From Eledone cirrhosa (Eukaryota), in contig OZ024747.1 in the NCBI GenBank assembly GCA_964016885.1, forward strand, positions 21,824,001 through 21,888,000: a DNA stretch of 64,000 nucleotides, read 5' to 3'. Shown piece by piece: positions 28,985 to 42,200 of this stretch. Under the pieces are notes generated by a model, which was not told where the DNA came from, searched no databases, and saw only the letters and a list, made by a program, of their open reading frames with translations. The position numbers and the translations under genes were made by a program. Each line of letters starts with the position of its first letter. Within the stretch, counting starts at the first letter, position 1.

Positions 28985-29217
28985 CTATACATCATCAAAG
29001 ATTCCTCTGGGGGGTTTGTGCCCCGTTCTTGCTACTGAACTATATCTAGGTGGGGGTTGTTGTGATTGGTAACCTGTTGCAGGACTTGTGTTATGATGAC
29101 TAATGTTCATATAATCTTCTAGAGTGTCAGTAGTTGTATCTCCTGTGTAGTCTACTGGATCAGCTTGGCGTAGAAGTTCTGTACGATCATTTTCATCTGG
29201 GCTACGAGGAATTTTCC
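28985..29217 (-). CDS. LMBRD2: LMBRD2 last coding exon
   Basis: [23 protein letters not shown]...[13 protein letters not shown]. Confidence 0.92.
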
Positions 29218-32200
29218 CTAAAAAAAGAAAGAATTGCCTTAATTCATAAAGGAGGTTAAGTAGAAAATAGTAATGTTCTTGTCTGTTATAATGAAAGTTT
29301 TAAATTGAAAGATCAGTTCACTGTATGTGAACTAAGAAATCATCAATTCAACTAAAGGAAAATTTAAAACAAAAAATATAAATGTCAAGATGAATCTTAA
29401 AGGCTTACAAATCTAAATCTAATTCTTTTGTTTGAATTTTGTGACTGCTCTACCTTTTGGATATAAGAATCTTTAAAAGAAAGCCTTACCTCTGCGAGGG
29501 CTTTCTGAAGCTGATGGTTTAATACCACCAAACTGGTCATTCCACATTTTTCTCCGAGCTTCTCCATCAGCTTTTCTTTCTCGACGCCTCTTTTCTAAAG
29601 GCATGGTGAAATAAAACCAGAGAGTTAACTTATACACCCACAAAATGACAATATAATCAGTTACTATTTAAAAGAACCGTTTCTAACCAGTTACTACAGA
29701 TTCGGTGGTTATACAAATTATGATGAATACAACATTTCGGACATTAGTCCTTCATCAGAAGGTAGAATGAGAAAAAAGAAACAAAAATAAATGAGAGGAA
29801 GAAAACACGTGTAGTTAGTCAGTTATTTTGGAAGATTGCATTTTAGTCTGAAGTAGAAAGACTACTTTTTTTATTGTGATAATTAAGTTCCACTCACCTC
29901 TTCTAACAAGTTCCTTGCCTTCATCGATGAGTTCCTGAGTCATGTCATCATCACCGACAAATTGTTGAAATCCAAGAAAGTGAAGAATCCTACTGCCTAA
30001 ACTGAAGTACGTACATATACAGAGAAGAACAATAGCAATTGGAAAATATATATTGAAACCATCAGACACTATACCAATCACATCCATATGGCCCATAATC
30101 TGCAATAAACAAGATACAAGATATATAAGAATCATCATTTATAATATCCTTGAGTTTAGAGGGTTTAAGTCAGAATATAAGGAGCCAGTACAAATACTAC
30201 AGTGGTATTTTATCAGACACTGAAGTAATTTTTCCATCCCATCACTAATCTTAATTATATCAACATGTATAAAATAGTAGCAATGTGTAAAATAAAAAAC
30301 TATTTCTTACAGTTGTGTAAGCTGTTTCTTCAAGGTTGTTGACATGGGTTACATGGCTATCCAAGTGGATCAAACCAAGAAAATTCAGACATAGTGGGGG
30401 TGTCAATCGACACAGCATCCTGCAAATAGTGTCATTAAAAAATAAAAGAAAGAAAAGGTATGTCTAAATGCATTCATATAGATTTAGTTTGTGTACATTC
30501 TGCGTTTTCAAGTGTTTATTATACAGGGTCTACCAAAAATCAATTGTTTTATATTTGAAAATGTGTGTCCCAAACATTGAAAATAACTGTAATAATAGTT
30601 GAGAAAAATAAGTAAATTGCTAGAGGGGTTGGGAAAAAGTGGTCAGAAGTGCCACTGTCCACTTTATTTTTCCATATCTAAGTGTAATTTACCCAATTTT
30701 CTCAACTATCATCAATAGTGGTTGCCTGTTATTACCGGTTTTTTTTCAAACATTTCCAGTACTTTTATAATTCATAAAGTTTGTTTATTTTATAGTTTAG
30801 TCAAACATGCAGCTAATCCAGATCAACATCAATCATATCAATGTAACCAATATCTGCAAAGACTGTTTCTTCTTCCTAATGAAATTAAATTGTATCAGAA
30901 CAGAGATCATGGCTTTAGTAAACACTTGTGAAATCTGTTGGGAAGTTGTGGGTAAGGAGCTAATTCCAGAAGAAGACTGTATTTACATGGACTTGATGAT
31001 GATTTGTGAGCTGAGACACAGTAGGGGTGATGAGAATTGTAGAAGGGGGATTTAAGTGGAGACTATACAGCTAGTTAGTTCAGAGGAGTAAATGGTATTT
31101 TACTATGTAGATGGAGGGAAGAGAGAGAGACACTAGAGCATTTGTGTGACTTAGTAAAGAGAGAATGTGTGTGTGCATGCATATGTGAGTGTAGCAGCAG
31201 TATGTTTCCAATATGGGTGTTAAGTTTTGTATAGAGTCAGCAATTGGTTTCTAAATATCATAGCTCTACTGTATTGCTTAGAGGGATATCTGTTAAAGAA
31301 TAAGCTTTAAATTTAAGATGACTTACATTCCGGTAAAGATCAAACTGTATTCATTGGTTTGGTGATGAGGAGCAATGTAATAATAATTCAGGATACGTAT
31401 TTGAAACACAGTGTAGTATGCACAGAAACACAAGAAGCCAATAGTGAAGATGGAAGTGAGCTGAAATACAAAGAGTGAGCGAGAAACAGTAATGTAGTAA
31501 TGGACATCACAGACACAATGACAAAAGCTGTACATACACAGACACAATGATAACACACAAATACACGCTCCACTTTGTATTTCCTCATTTCAGGATTAAG
31601 AAAGAAAGTAACAACCCAGTGCTGGTGCAAGCCTCTCTTTCCTTCCAGCTGTCATCTGCATGGACACCTAAAACCCTTGGTGAAAGCATGGTACATACTA
31701 CCAAGTTATATTTGATTACAGGTGGTATGTGTAGTTTTAGTAGTATCCCATATGCGACAAACATTGCTTTGCAACCTTAATTGTCAGATATTCTGCAAAT
31801 TACAAATGAACCTGAAGTAAAATTACTATCCTTTCATTGGTCAAGAACTAATTGTTCCTACTTTAGGCACAAGGCCAGCAATTATTCCAGTGCATTACTG
31901 GTACTTTATTTTATCGACCCTGTAAGGATGAAAGGCAAAGTTAACCTCGGTGGGATTTGAGCTCAGACCATAAAGGGACGTAACTCTTTGCTGCAAAGCA
32001 TGGCGTCTGACCCTCTACCGATACTGCCAATCCACCACCCTATTGGTCAAGAAATAATAGCTGTAGGAGATATGGCAAAATGCACTCAGTACACACTGTA
32101 AATGTGGTTGGCGTTAGGAAGGGCATCCAGCCAGAAGCAGTCCTATATGAGCAAGACACAGTCACTCAACTCAACTTGCCTCTAATGGGACAAAGCCATC

Positions 32201-34623
32201 AAACCCATGCTAGCGTGGAAAATAGATATTAAACGAGGATGATGATAATGATGATCTCCCTAGGATCTGTATGGATCATTATTAGAATGTGGATCAAGGC
32301 TATAAATCTCGGAAGGAACTCTGGGAGGTGAGGTGGCTGGTGCAGCAAGTGTTGCTGGTCATTGTCCTTGAAAATGCCTTTGCAGTTTCATCTGTGGAGC
32401 ACAGCCCAAACATCACCTCACCCTCCCTTCGCCCTTACCCACTCCCTTTCTTCAGTGACCTCATAGTCCTTGCTCTCTCCTTCCTCATGACTTTATGATT
32501 GTGAACCCAGTTCCCTAACATTTATGCCATGTGTCTTTATTGTACTAATATAATAATTGTTTCTACTTTTTGGCACAAGGCCAGCAATTACCCAATGCAT
32601 TATTGGTACTTTATTTTATCGACCCCGTAAAGATGAAAGGCAAAGTCAACCTCAGCGGGATTTGAACTCAGATTGTAAAGGGACGTAACTATGCTGGAAA
32701 GCGTGGCGTCCGACCCTCTACCGATACTGCCAATCCAATAAATAAGAAAAAATATTTTGAACTGTAATACTATACAGCATATATTGTTTAGAACAAATTG
32801 TGTCAAGGTCAATATCTGTACTTTGTTATGAGGAAGAGAATAGTAGAGTGAATCAATCTTATGAACTTGTTGCTATATATTTGTTTGACATTAGTGAAAA
32901 TACAGGCAATGTTTATTCCTGGCAGGAGTTTCACTCGGAAAGGTGAAGAACCAAACTAGGTTTTATTTATAACTAATCCAGTTTCCAAGTGACAGTAGCA
33001 AATCTGCTTTACAGTTCTTTTAGGATATTAAACTTTTTCTATAAAGAACTGACTAAAACCATCTCTGATTCTATGATACAAAACTCTTTGTTTATCTAAA
33101 AGACTTTCAGCATAATTGTATGTAAAACATTTAAGATGTGCCAAACACTAACTTTATATGTATATGTGTGTAAGGTGGTTGTGCTTGTGATATTACAAAA
33201 AAGCATCCACTCCACCCTATAAGGTGGCAGTGTTGGTGCCACGAAAAAAGCTCCAAGTACACACTGTAATGTGGTTGGTATTAGGAAGGGCATTCACCAC
33301 AGAAAACCAAGACAAAAGCAGATTGTATGAGGAAGATGTGTTCATTTGCCTTGTCTTGCATCATAACATCTAACCCATGCAAGCATAAAAAATAGACTTT
33401 AAATGATGATGATGAAATTGACAAGAGTTTTAAACATTTTTAATTCAAAACAAAACTAAAAATAATTTTTTCAGAAGGAAGATATAAAGTATTAATTGAA
33501 AAGTGGATTGGCAGAATCATTAGAGCATTGATAAAATGCTTTGCAACATTTAGTTACAGCCCTTTGTGTTCTGAGTTAAAATCTCACCAATGTCAACTTT
33601 GCCTTTCATCTTTCTGTTGTTGATAAAATCAAGTCCCACTAAAGTCGATGTAATTAACTTCACCCTCTCCACAAATTGATGGTCTAAACTAAAGTCTGTC
33701 TTCAGCCCAGAGACTCATCAGGCTGGTGCTTATCTTGCATTAAGCAACTGAGAGTACAAGGCCCCCGCCTGGATAGAATGCCATTCCATCAGAGGGTTAA
33801 ACCTCCAGCTGTTGCTGGTATTCACAACACACAACCCAGTCCAGGAATCAAACCCATGACATTATGATCGTAAGTCCAACACTCTTACCACTAGGCCACA
33901 TGCCTCCCAAATTACTGGCCTTTTGCATAAATTAGAAATCATTAATAAATTAAGGGGGGGGGGGGGCAGTATCGGTAGAGCATAAGACACCATGCTTTGC
34001 AGCATAGAGTTATGACCCTTTATGTTCTGAGTTAAAATCCTGCCGAGATTAACTTTGCTTTTCATCCTAACGGGGTCGATAAAATAAAGCACCAGTAATG
34101 CACTGGGGTAATTGCTGGCCTTGTACCAAAAGTAGAAACAATTATTAAATGAAGAGTGATACCATTAAATTTAGATAGAAGGTCATGGAAAGAGGTGAAA
34201 AAAAAGATATAAACAATGAAAGCATACTAACCTCAATGTAGACATAGTCATGATTTTTGTTGGCAAGATTTATGGAGACAGCAAACAATGATAAGACTGG
34301 CGACTTTATAAAGAATAGGCATTCTGACCAAACAACCATGAAAGACATTACTGCCAGACAGATAGCCACTATTTTCATCACCCATGGTTGAAACAAACAT
34401 TTCCAATACCATTCTAGAAAACAGAAAAAAAAATATAGTAAAAAAAAAATTAATGTTAAAATTAATTATATATCATCATCATCATTTTACATCTGCTTTT
34501 ACCTGCTTGCAAGGATGGGACAGGTCTTATTAAGCACGGCATCTCTCGATTCGTCACGGTCCTTTGTCATCTCCTCCGTGAACTTCAACGATCTGAGGTC
34601 TGCTCTCACTACCTCCGCCCATA

Positions 34624-34659
<36 letters not shown>

Positions 34660-34873
34660 AACAAAAGATGATTAAAAGAGTTCCATGTATTTTATTATGC
34701 GCATTTCAAAAACAAATATCATCATGCAATAATATTTGTGTTTTCATCAGATAAAACAGGAAGACATGATATGAAGATTAAAAAACACTTGTGGATAGTG
34801 CAGTTTTAAATCAACATATGAGAAGTAGTTTTAGATTGATGTGTGATATTGGGAAAAATATTTTATTTTATTT

Positions 34874-34904
<31 letters not shown>

Positions 34905-34912
34905 CTGTGTCT

Positions 34913-34964
<52 letters not shown>

Positions 34965-36193
34965 AACGATGATAAAAAAACAAGGTGAGGTAGTTAGTTA
35001 ATCCATTGTTTTATGATAATTTCAGAGAGTAAAAGTATTGATATGCAGATCAATCAATGGTAGTTATGTAATTATGTAGTGTGATGCTACATGGTGGTGA
35101 GACAGAAGTACTGAATGTAGAGGATAGTTTGAATAGGATAAAAAGAAATGAATTGAACATGCTGCTCTGGATATGAAATGTTAGTATGCATGAATCATGA
35201 AGCATCCATGGAAAAGCAGAAATAAAATCTATGACGATGATGATGATGACGACATATATTTAATTCAAAACTATGATGTTGATAAGATGTACTTATCTCA
35301 AAACTATGATAATGACATACTTATGTCAAAACTATGACGATGATGACATATACTTAAGTCAAAAGTGTCTTACTCACCAACTTTAGGGTTGTAGAATTTT
35401 CTTGAGAGTCCAGTTACAGAAATACTGGAGGAATAATGCTTGAAAATGTGTTCTGGGTTTGACTCATTATTAGCCACATCTTCCAGGGCAAACACTTTCT
35501 CCATTAGCATGTTCCACTGACATTGGGTTCGCTGGTAGATTTGGGAGGCTCGGATAACCCTCTTGTGTAACCGGACAAGCGTACGTTCAGTGGGAGGGTC
35601 CATTGGGCTATCGTAGTCTTCATAATCATCAACATTGCGCTGGATGGATCTCCGGAAGTTTTCAGGACACTAGAAATAGTTGGGTACATAACAGATTGTG
35701 ATCTGATATGATAATATTGTAGGGAGAGGTGAGAAGGGAAGTGGGGAGGTTTAGTGAAGAAGGAGTAAAGGGAATAGAAGCCGCCATCAAAGAGAAAGAA
35801 ACAAGGGAAGAAAAAGAGATAGGGATTATGGAGAGTTGGGAGAGTTAAGAAGGAATGCAGGTTAAAGGAAGAGTATCAAGGTAAGTATGACATAAGAAAG
35901 GCAATAGAATGATAGAGAAAGAGAGGGAAAGGGGAGGAGAGAGAGAGAGAAAGAGAAGGTTGAGGAATGAGATGAAGGAGTGAGAGTGAGAGGCAATGAA
36001 AAAAACATAGGATGAGAGAGAAAGTAAGAGAAATGAAAATGAGTACAATCCTTTTATAAGAAATAAATTTACCTTCAGTAGAACTGTATCAACATGTCGT
36101 CTGAGATAATGGTTGTAACGAATTGACTCTGAAGCACGTTTGATTTCCTACAGAGGGAAAACAGAGTAATCACAATTCTATGATAATACTGTA

Positions 36194-36252
<59 letters not shown>

Positions 36253-39200
36253 TGTTTCTACTTTAGGCACAAGGCCAGCAATTTACCAGTGCATTACTGG
36301 TACTTTATTTTATCGACCCCGTAAGGATGAAAGGCAAAGTCAACCTCGGCGGGATTTGAACTCAGATCGTAAAGGGACGTAACTTGACTCTTTTGATATC
36401 AAACCACCCTTGGTTATATGTATATTTTTAAGTGTTTCTATTTATCTAAAATAATTTCATGTAAGAAACTTTGTTAGATTATGTTACAAACACCAGTTTA
36501 ATGAGAAAGTTAGTCATATTGTTAACCATGTTGCCAACAACAACCCTGAGTACCTTTTTGATTTCCATGTGTCTAACACACGTGGACATGCCCACAAAGT
36601 AAGAAAACAGCACAGTTCCCATGACTTTCGGAAACATTTTTTCACGCTCAGAGTTGCTGAAGCATGGAACAAACTACGTGCATCAGTTGTTAGCTGTCGA
36701 GACACTGCATCCTTTAAGGCCTCCATGCTTCTCGAGATCCGCCAACACTACAGCTAACACATACACACATGTACTTCCCTGACATTTGTGTATTATTCTA
36801 TGTACTATACATACACCTTTGACAAGTTGTAGTGCACCTGAGCACTTTACACAATAATTTCATTATTATTATTATTATTTTATATTATTAAATCCCTCCA
36901 AATTCTCGATTATTTTTAAAAAGCAGTGTCTTTTAATAGAAATATGGTAACAAAAGGGTTGACTTACTTCCAAAACATCTTCAAGAGCTTCTTCAGCTTC
37001 AGATTTCTCTGTGCTCAACTTTGCAATTTTGAACTGAGTGCGTGACAGCATGTGTCCTCGCTTAGAACTGTTCCAGACAGTTCGGGGTACTTCCACCAGC
37101 CCATAGCCTAACAGCAGGACAAGAAGAAATAAACCCCAAGTGTTGCTGGCAGTTACACCTATCACTTTGATTTTGTCCCTAAAATGTAGGAATACAACAA
37201 AATAAAGTAGAATTATTAGAAATAGAATTTAAGAAAAAACAAACAAACCACTATTGAATTCCTTCTTATGAAATACATGTGTGAGTGGCTGAATATTTCA
37301 CAGTTATGTCTATCCATAACACCAAGAAAATTAATAGTTGCAGGAATGCTACCACTTAGAATAAAATTTCGCCAGAGATAGATTAGCAAAATTTAATAAG
37401 TGAGGAAATGTGGGGCGGAGAGGGGGGGGGGGGGGGGGCGGATTATTTGAGACCTGAGAGTAACTAATGTAATAATACCGAAACATGCCTAGAGTTGTCT
37501 CCCATACTTGCAAAAAAAAAAAAAAATAATAAAATAAAATAATTCTTTAACCCTTTAGCATTCACTTTACTCTATATTAACTATTATATTTTCACATAAT
37601 TAACTCACATAATATCCAATTTATGAGATTTTGATATTTATTTTGAGAACAATACCTTAACATCAGTATGAGCAGCTGGTTTGAACAGAAAGAGGGGAGA
37701 AATTCTGGCCGGATACAACCGGTTTAAATGTTAAAAGGTTAACAATTATTTCTAATTTAGGCATAAGGAAAAATCAATTATATATGGATCCCGAGTATTT
37801 AACATGTGTTAGTAAACAACACAAACTATAGGTTTTCCCTTAATGTAAATTTCTCAGTTTGTATAATTGTTCATATATCCAGTAGTCCTGGTACATATAG
37901 CATACTAATCCTTGACTCCAAACATTCAATACATTCAATGCTATTGATGTCATTATTGATTGCACTAGTCCACTAGATTGTACCTAAAACATCAGTAAAT
38001 ATTAACACATATAACCTATATATAGTTAGTCTACTAGATTGTACCTAAAACATCAGTAAATAGTAACATATATAACATATATATAGCTAGTCCACTAGAT
38101 TGTACCTAAAACATCAGTAAATATTAACACATATAACCTATATATAGTTAGTCTACTTGATTGTACCTAAAATATCACGTGGACAGTGAATAGTAACATA
38201 TCATCATCATCATCATTTTACGTCCGCTTTTCCCTGCTTGCAAGGGTGGGATGGGAACTGATTCTGGCTTGATTTCTACAGCTGGATGCCCTTCCTAACA
38301 CCAACCTCATTTACAGTGAGTGCTGGGTGCTTTTTTGCCATGGCACCTCCACGACCACTTTGCAGTGGAATGATAGGAACTCCAGTTCCCATCATCTCAT
38401 TTCTACAGCTGAGTAAACTGGAGCAATGTGAAATAAAGTGTCTTGCTCAAGGAAACAAGACACTTTATATATATAACATATATATATATAGCTAGTCAAC
38501 TAGATTGTACCTAAAATATCACGTGGGCAATGAATAGTAACATATATAACATATATATATAGCTAGTCTACTAGATTGTACCGAAAACATCAGTAAATAG
38601 TAACATATATAACATATATATAGTTAGTCCACTAGATTGTACCTAAAACATCATGTGAGCAGTAAATAGTAGCATATATACCCATATATATATATGGCTG
38701 AGTGTATATGTTTGTGGGCTGGGCACATTAATGTGTAACTGTTTAAACAAACAAACAGAAATACCTCAATTATGTCCTGAGGTAAAAATATCCTAACTAA
38801 TGAGATTAATCACTTTAGTTAACACAATGCTGCATAAAAAATGATGGAATTACAATCAGGTCTTTGAAACCAGCTGTCATTATATTTATTTATAATACTC
38901 TGGAGGCATTATCTTTGGTAAGGGACACTATTATTTGAACTAAACTATATGGTAAATAATACATGAACATAGACAATTAAAATATTTTTTCAGTTTGTTT
39001 TTCTAGCAATTGAACAACAGCTTTTGTTTTATACAATAACATTTTAATAGATGTTATAATGAACAATGAAGTCGGAATTTTTGTTTATAACACACACACA
39101 CATATATATATAAACTGGTATTGTGATTATCAGTCCTTTAGATATCTACCCACCCCCAAATAAAGGATTTCTATTCAAATTAAAACCTTTTAATATAATT

Positions 39201-42200
39201 TCAATTTTGTTAAGTTGTGTTTCAAATACCATTTTAATAGCTAATAATTTTAGAAGATTTGCTTGTTACTTATAGTAAGTTGAGTAACTACAGCTACACA
39301 GAGGTTTCCTTGTTGGCTCATGAATAAATTTGTAAATTTTAGCTCTTTGCAAGCAACATTAACCCTTTAGCATTTAAACTGACCATATCCAGCCAGAATT
39401 TCTCTCACCTCTTTCTGTTCGAACCAGCTGTAACTGGCCACTCATACTGATGTTAAGGTATTGTTCTCAAAATAAATAACATCAAAATCTCGTAGAATCG
39501 ATATTATATGAGATAATTACGTAAGATAAAGCCTAGTATATATAGAATAATGTAACTGCTAAAGAATTAATTAATCAATGGTACCAACTGCTCAACTAGA
39601 GCAGTTGGTCATTAGGGTGCCACTCTATATGTTTGACTGTGTCTATCATGTTATTTCAGTGGGCCTTAGAAATGCTTAGCAGTGACCATTTCCTAACCAG
39701 GCGTCAAGTTCCCTACTAAGTTTAGCCTGTTAGCAGAAGCAGTTATTGGGTGGAAGCTGAAAAATGCCCCAGAGCCTGAAGTGAGAGTTTGATGGGAACC
39801 AGTGTATCCATCTACCCCTATGTAGCAGTGACTGAACTCATGACTGTAGCCCACTAACTTTATCTCACAAATTCTAGGTATATTTGTAATATATTAACCA
39901 ATCAATATAATCAATACTTATCACAAGTGAGTATGATGAATAGAATCAATTTGTTTGACTATTAACAATGAAAGGTATACAATAATAGGTAACAAGACTC
40001 TAGACATTACAAGCATGAGCTAAGTGTTGTGATATTCATACACTTCCAAAGTACATTAGCAATATAATTGAAGTGGAGTAGTTAAAACCAAGCAAACAAA
40101 TTTAAGAAATGCACAAACAAGAAACAAAAACTTACTACTAATAATAATAATTGTTTCTACTTTAGGCACAAGGCCAGCAATTTGAAGGGGAGGGGAAAGT
40201 CAATTAAATTGATTCCAGTGCATTACTGGTGCTTTATTTTATCAACCTGGTAAAAATGAAAAGCAAAGCTAACCTCGACGGGATTTGAGCTCAGAACATA
40301 AAGAGCCATAACTCCATGCTGTGGAGCATGTTGTCCAATGCTCTCCCGATAATGCCAATCCACATTATAATAATAATGTTTCTGATATAAGCCCAAGGCC
40401 AACAATATTTGGGCAAGGAAACATTGATTAAATCGATCCCAGTTTGTTATTGGTACTTTATTTTAATGACTCAATAAGGATGAAAGGCAAAACCAACCTT
40501 GGCAAAATTTGAACTCAGAATGTAAATTGATTTTATTCATCATACTTGCTTGTGATTAGTGAGATTGAACCCAGGATCTTATGATTGTGAAGTGAACTTC
40601 TTAACCATTTGACCAAGCTGAGTCCACAATAGGGTTTATACGATGGTGTTGTAATATCCAGTAGGATACACTACTTGTAAAAATATTTAGAAATATAAAA
40701 ATCATACAGAGATGTCAAAATAACAGGACAAGAAGTCAACCAATGAAAGTAATTACTTACCCATCGATGTGTAAGTTGGGACGGGCAGCAACATAGATGA
40801 GGCATACACCAAATATAAGCAAGTATGTTCCATAGTAGATGGCATTCTCTATTAAAGCTGATTTACATTTTCCTGCCACACTAAAGTCACCAGCATTAGA
40901 ATAAGACTGCATCAATGGTAGAATCAACCTGGAATTTACATCATAGATCTCATTAAGGTCTTGTAGGTAAGTTCTGTTAGATGCAGACAGACATTAATAA
41001 TACCTTACAGTTACATTTAATGTATTGTGTGTATGTGTACATATATGTATGTACATACATATATACACACATGCATACATATATATATATTCATACAAAT
41101 ATATACATATAAATATATATGTATACATACACATATGGTATGGTCCCATAACTCATGATGGAGTGATAGTGATGCCCTAGGGGCATACAGCATTTTAAGC
41201 CTGGTGGAGCCCATCCCTCTCCAGGTCTAAATACAGTAGTCTTTTTTTCCAGAGGGATAAGTGAGAAAGAGATATAGAGGAAAAATCGACTCCAGCAATA
41301 GACTGATACTTCTTTTTATCAACCTCAAAAGGATCAAAGGCAAAGTTGACCATTAAGCCATGTGTCTTCATTATTTCTCTACTACTTATTTCATCATGTA
41401 TTTTACACTACTGTTATACCTACCAAATACCTGAAAGAAATCTTGTTGCTATGCACACACATGTAAATGTAGAGATATCTTTATTGAAACTTTTTTTTTT
41501 TTAGTAAGTAATTTTGTTTTCCATATACCACACAAGTTGCCCAGTACGTGACATATTCAATAGAACTGGGAAATGAGCAAATTACCAAATAAGCTAATGG
41601 TTGGATATGTAGTGGTAGGTAAAAGCAAGCAATAAAATAAATAACTCGTACCAAGTGAGAGCTTGGGATGTCCAATAGACAACACGCCAGAGAGCAGGTA
41701 GTACATAATCAGGTACATGACTGAGTGGTGGCTCACATCCTACTACAGCTTCAGTACTAACTCTTCTTGTAGCAGTAGATAATTTCTCATTCCCTGATTG
41801 CAGTGATGTGGAGGAGATATTGCTGGCAGCTGTTGTTGCAGTAACATTTTGATAAGCAGCTGTTGTAGTACTGATTATTTTTTGGTCTTGTATACATTGG
41901 CGGTAAAATGTCTAAAAGAAACGAAATCAACATAAGTGTGAGTATAAATAACTTCAAAAATATACAAAATTATATAAATACACAAATTATATAAATATAC
42001 AAATTATATACAATATCATTCAATCAAGTTCCTGTAACTGGTGCCACTCTAGACGTTTGACTGTGGGTCAATATATTAACCAATAGAAGATCTAGAATAG
42101 AATTCTTGGATTATTGAATCAATAACTTTGGCAGTCACATGCCTTCAAATAAATTTTGTTGTACAAATTTTGTATTTTTTCCAAGAATAACAATCACAAA

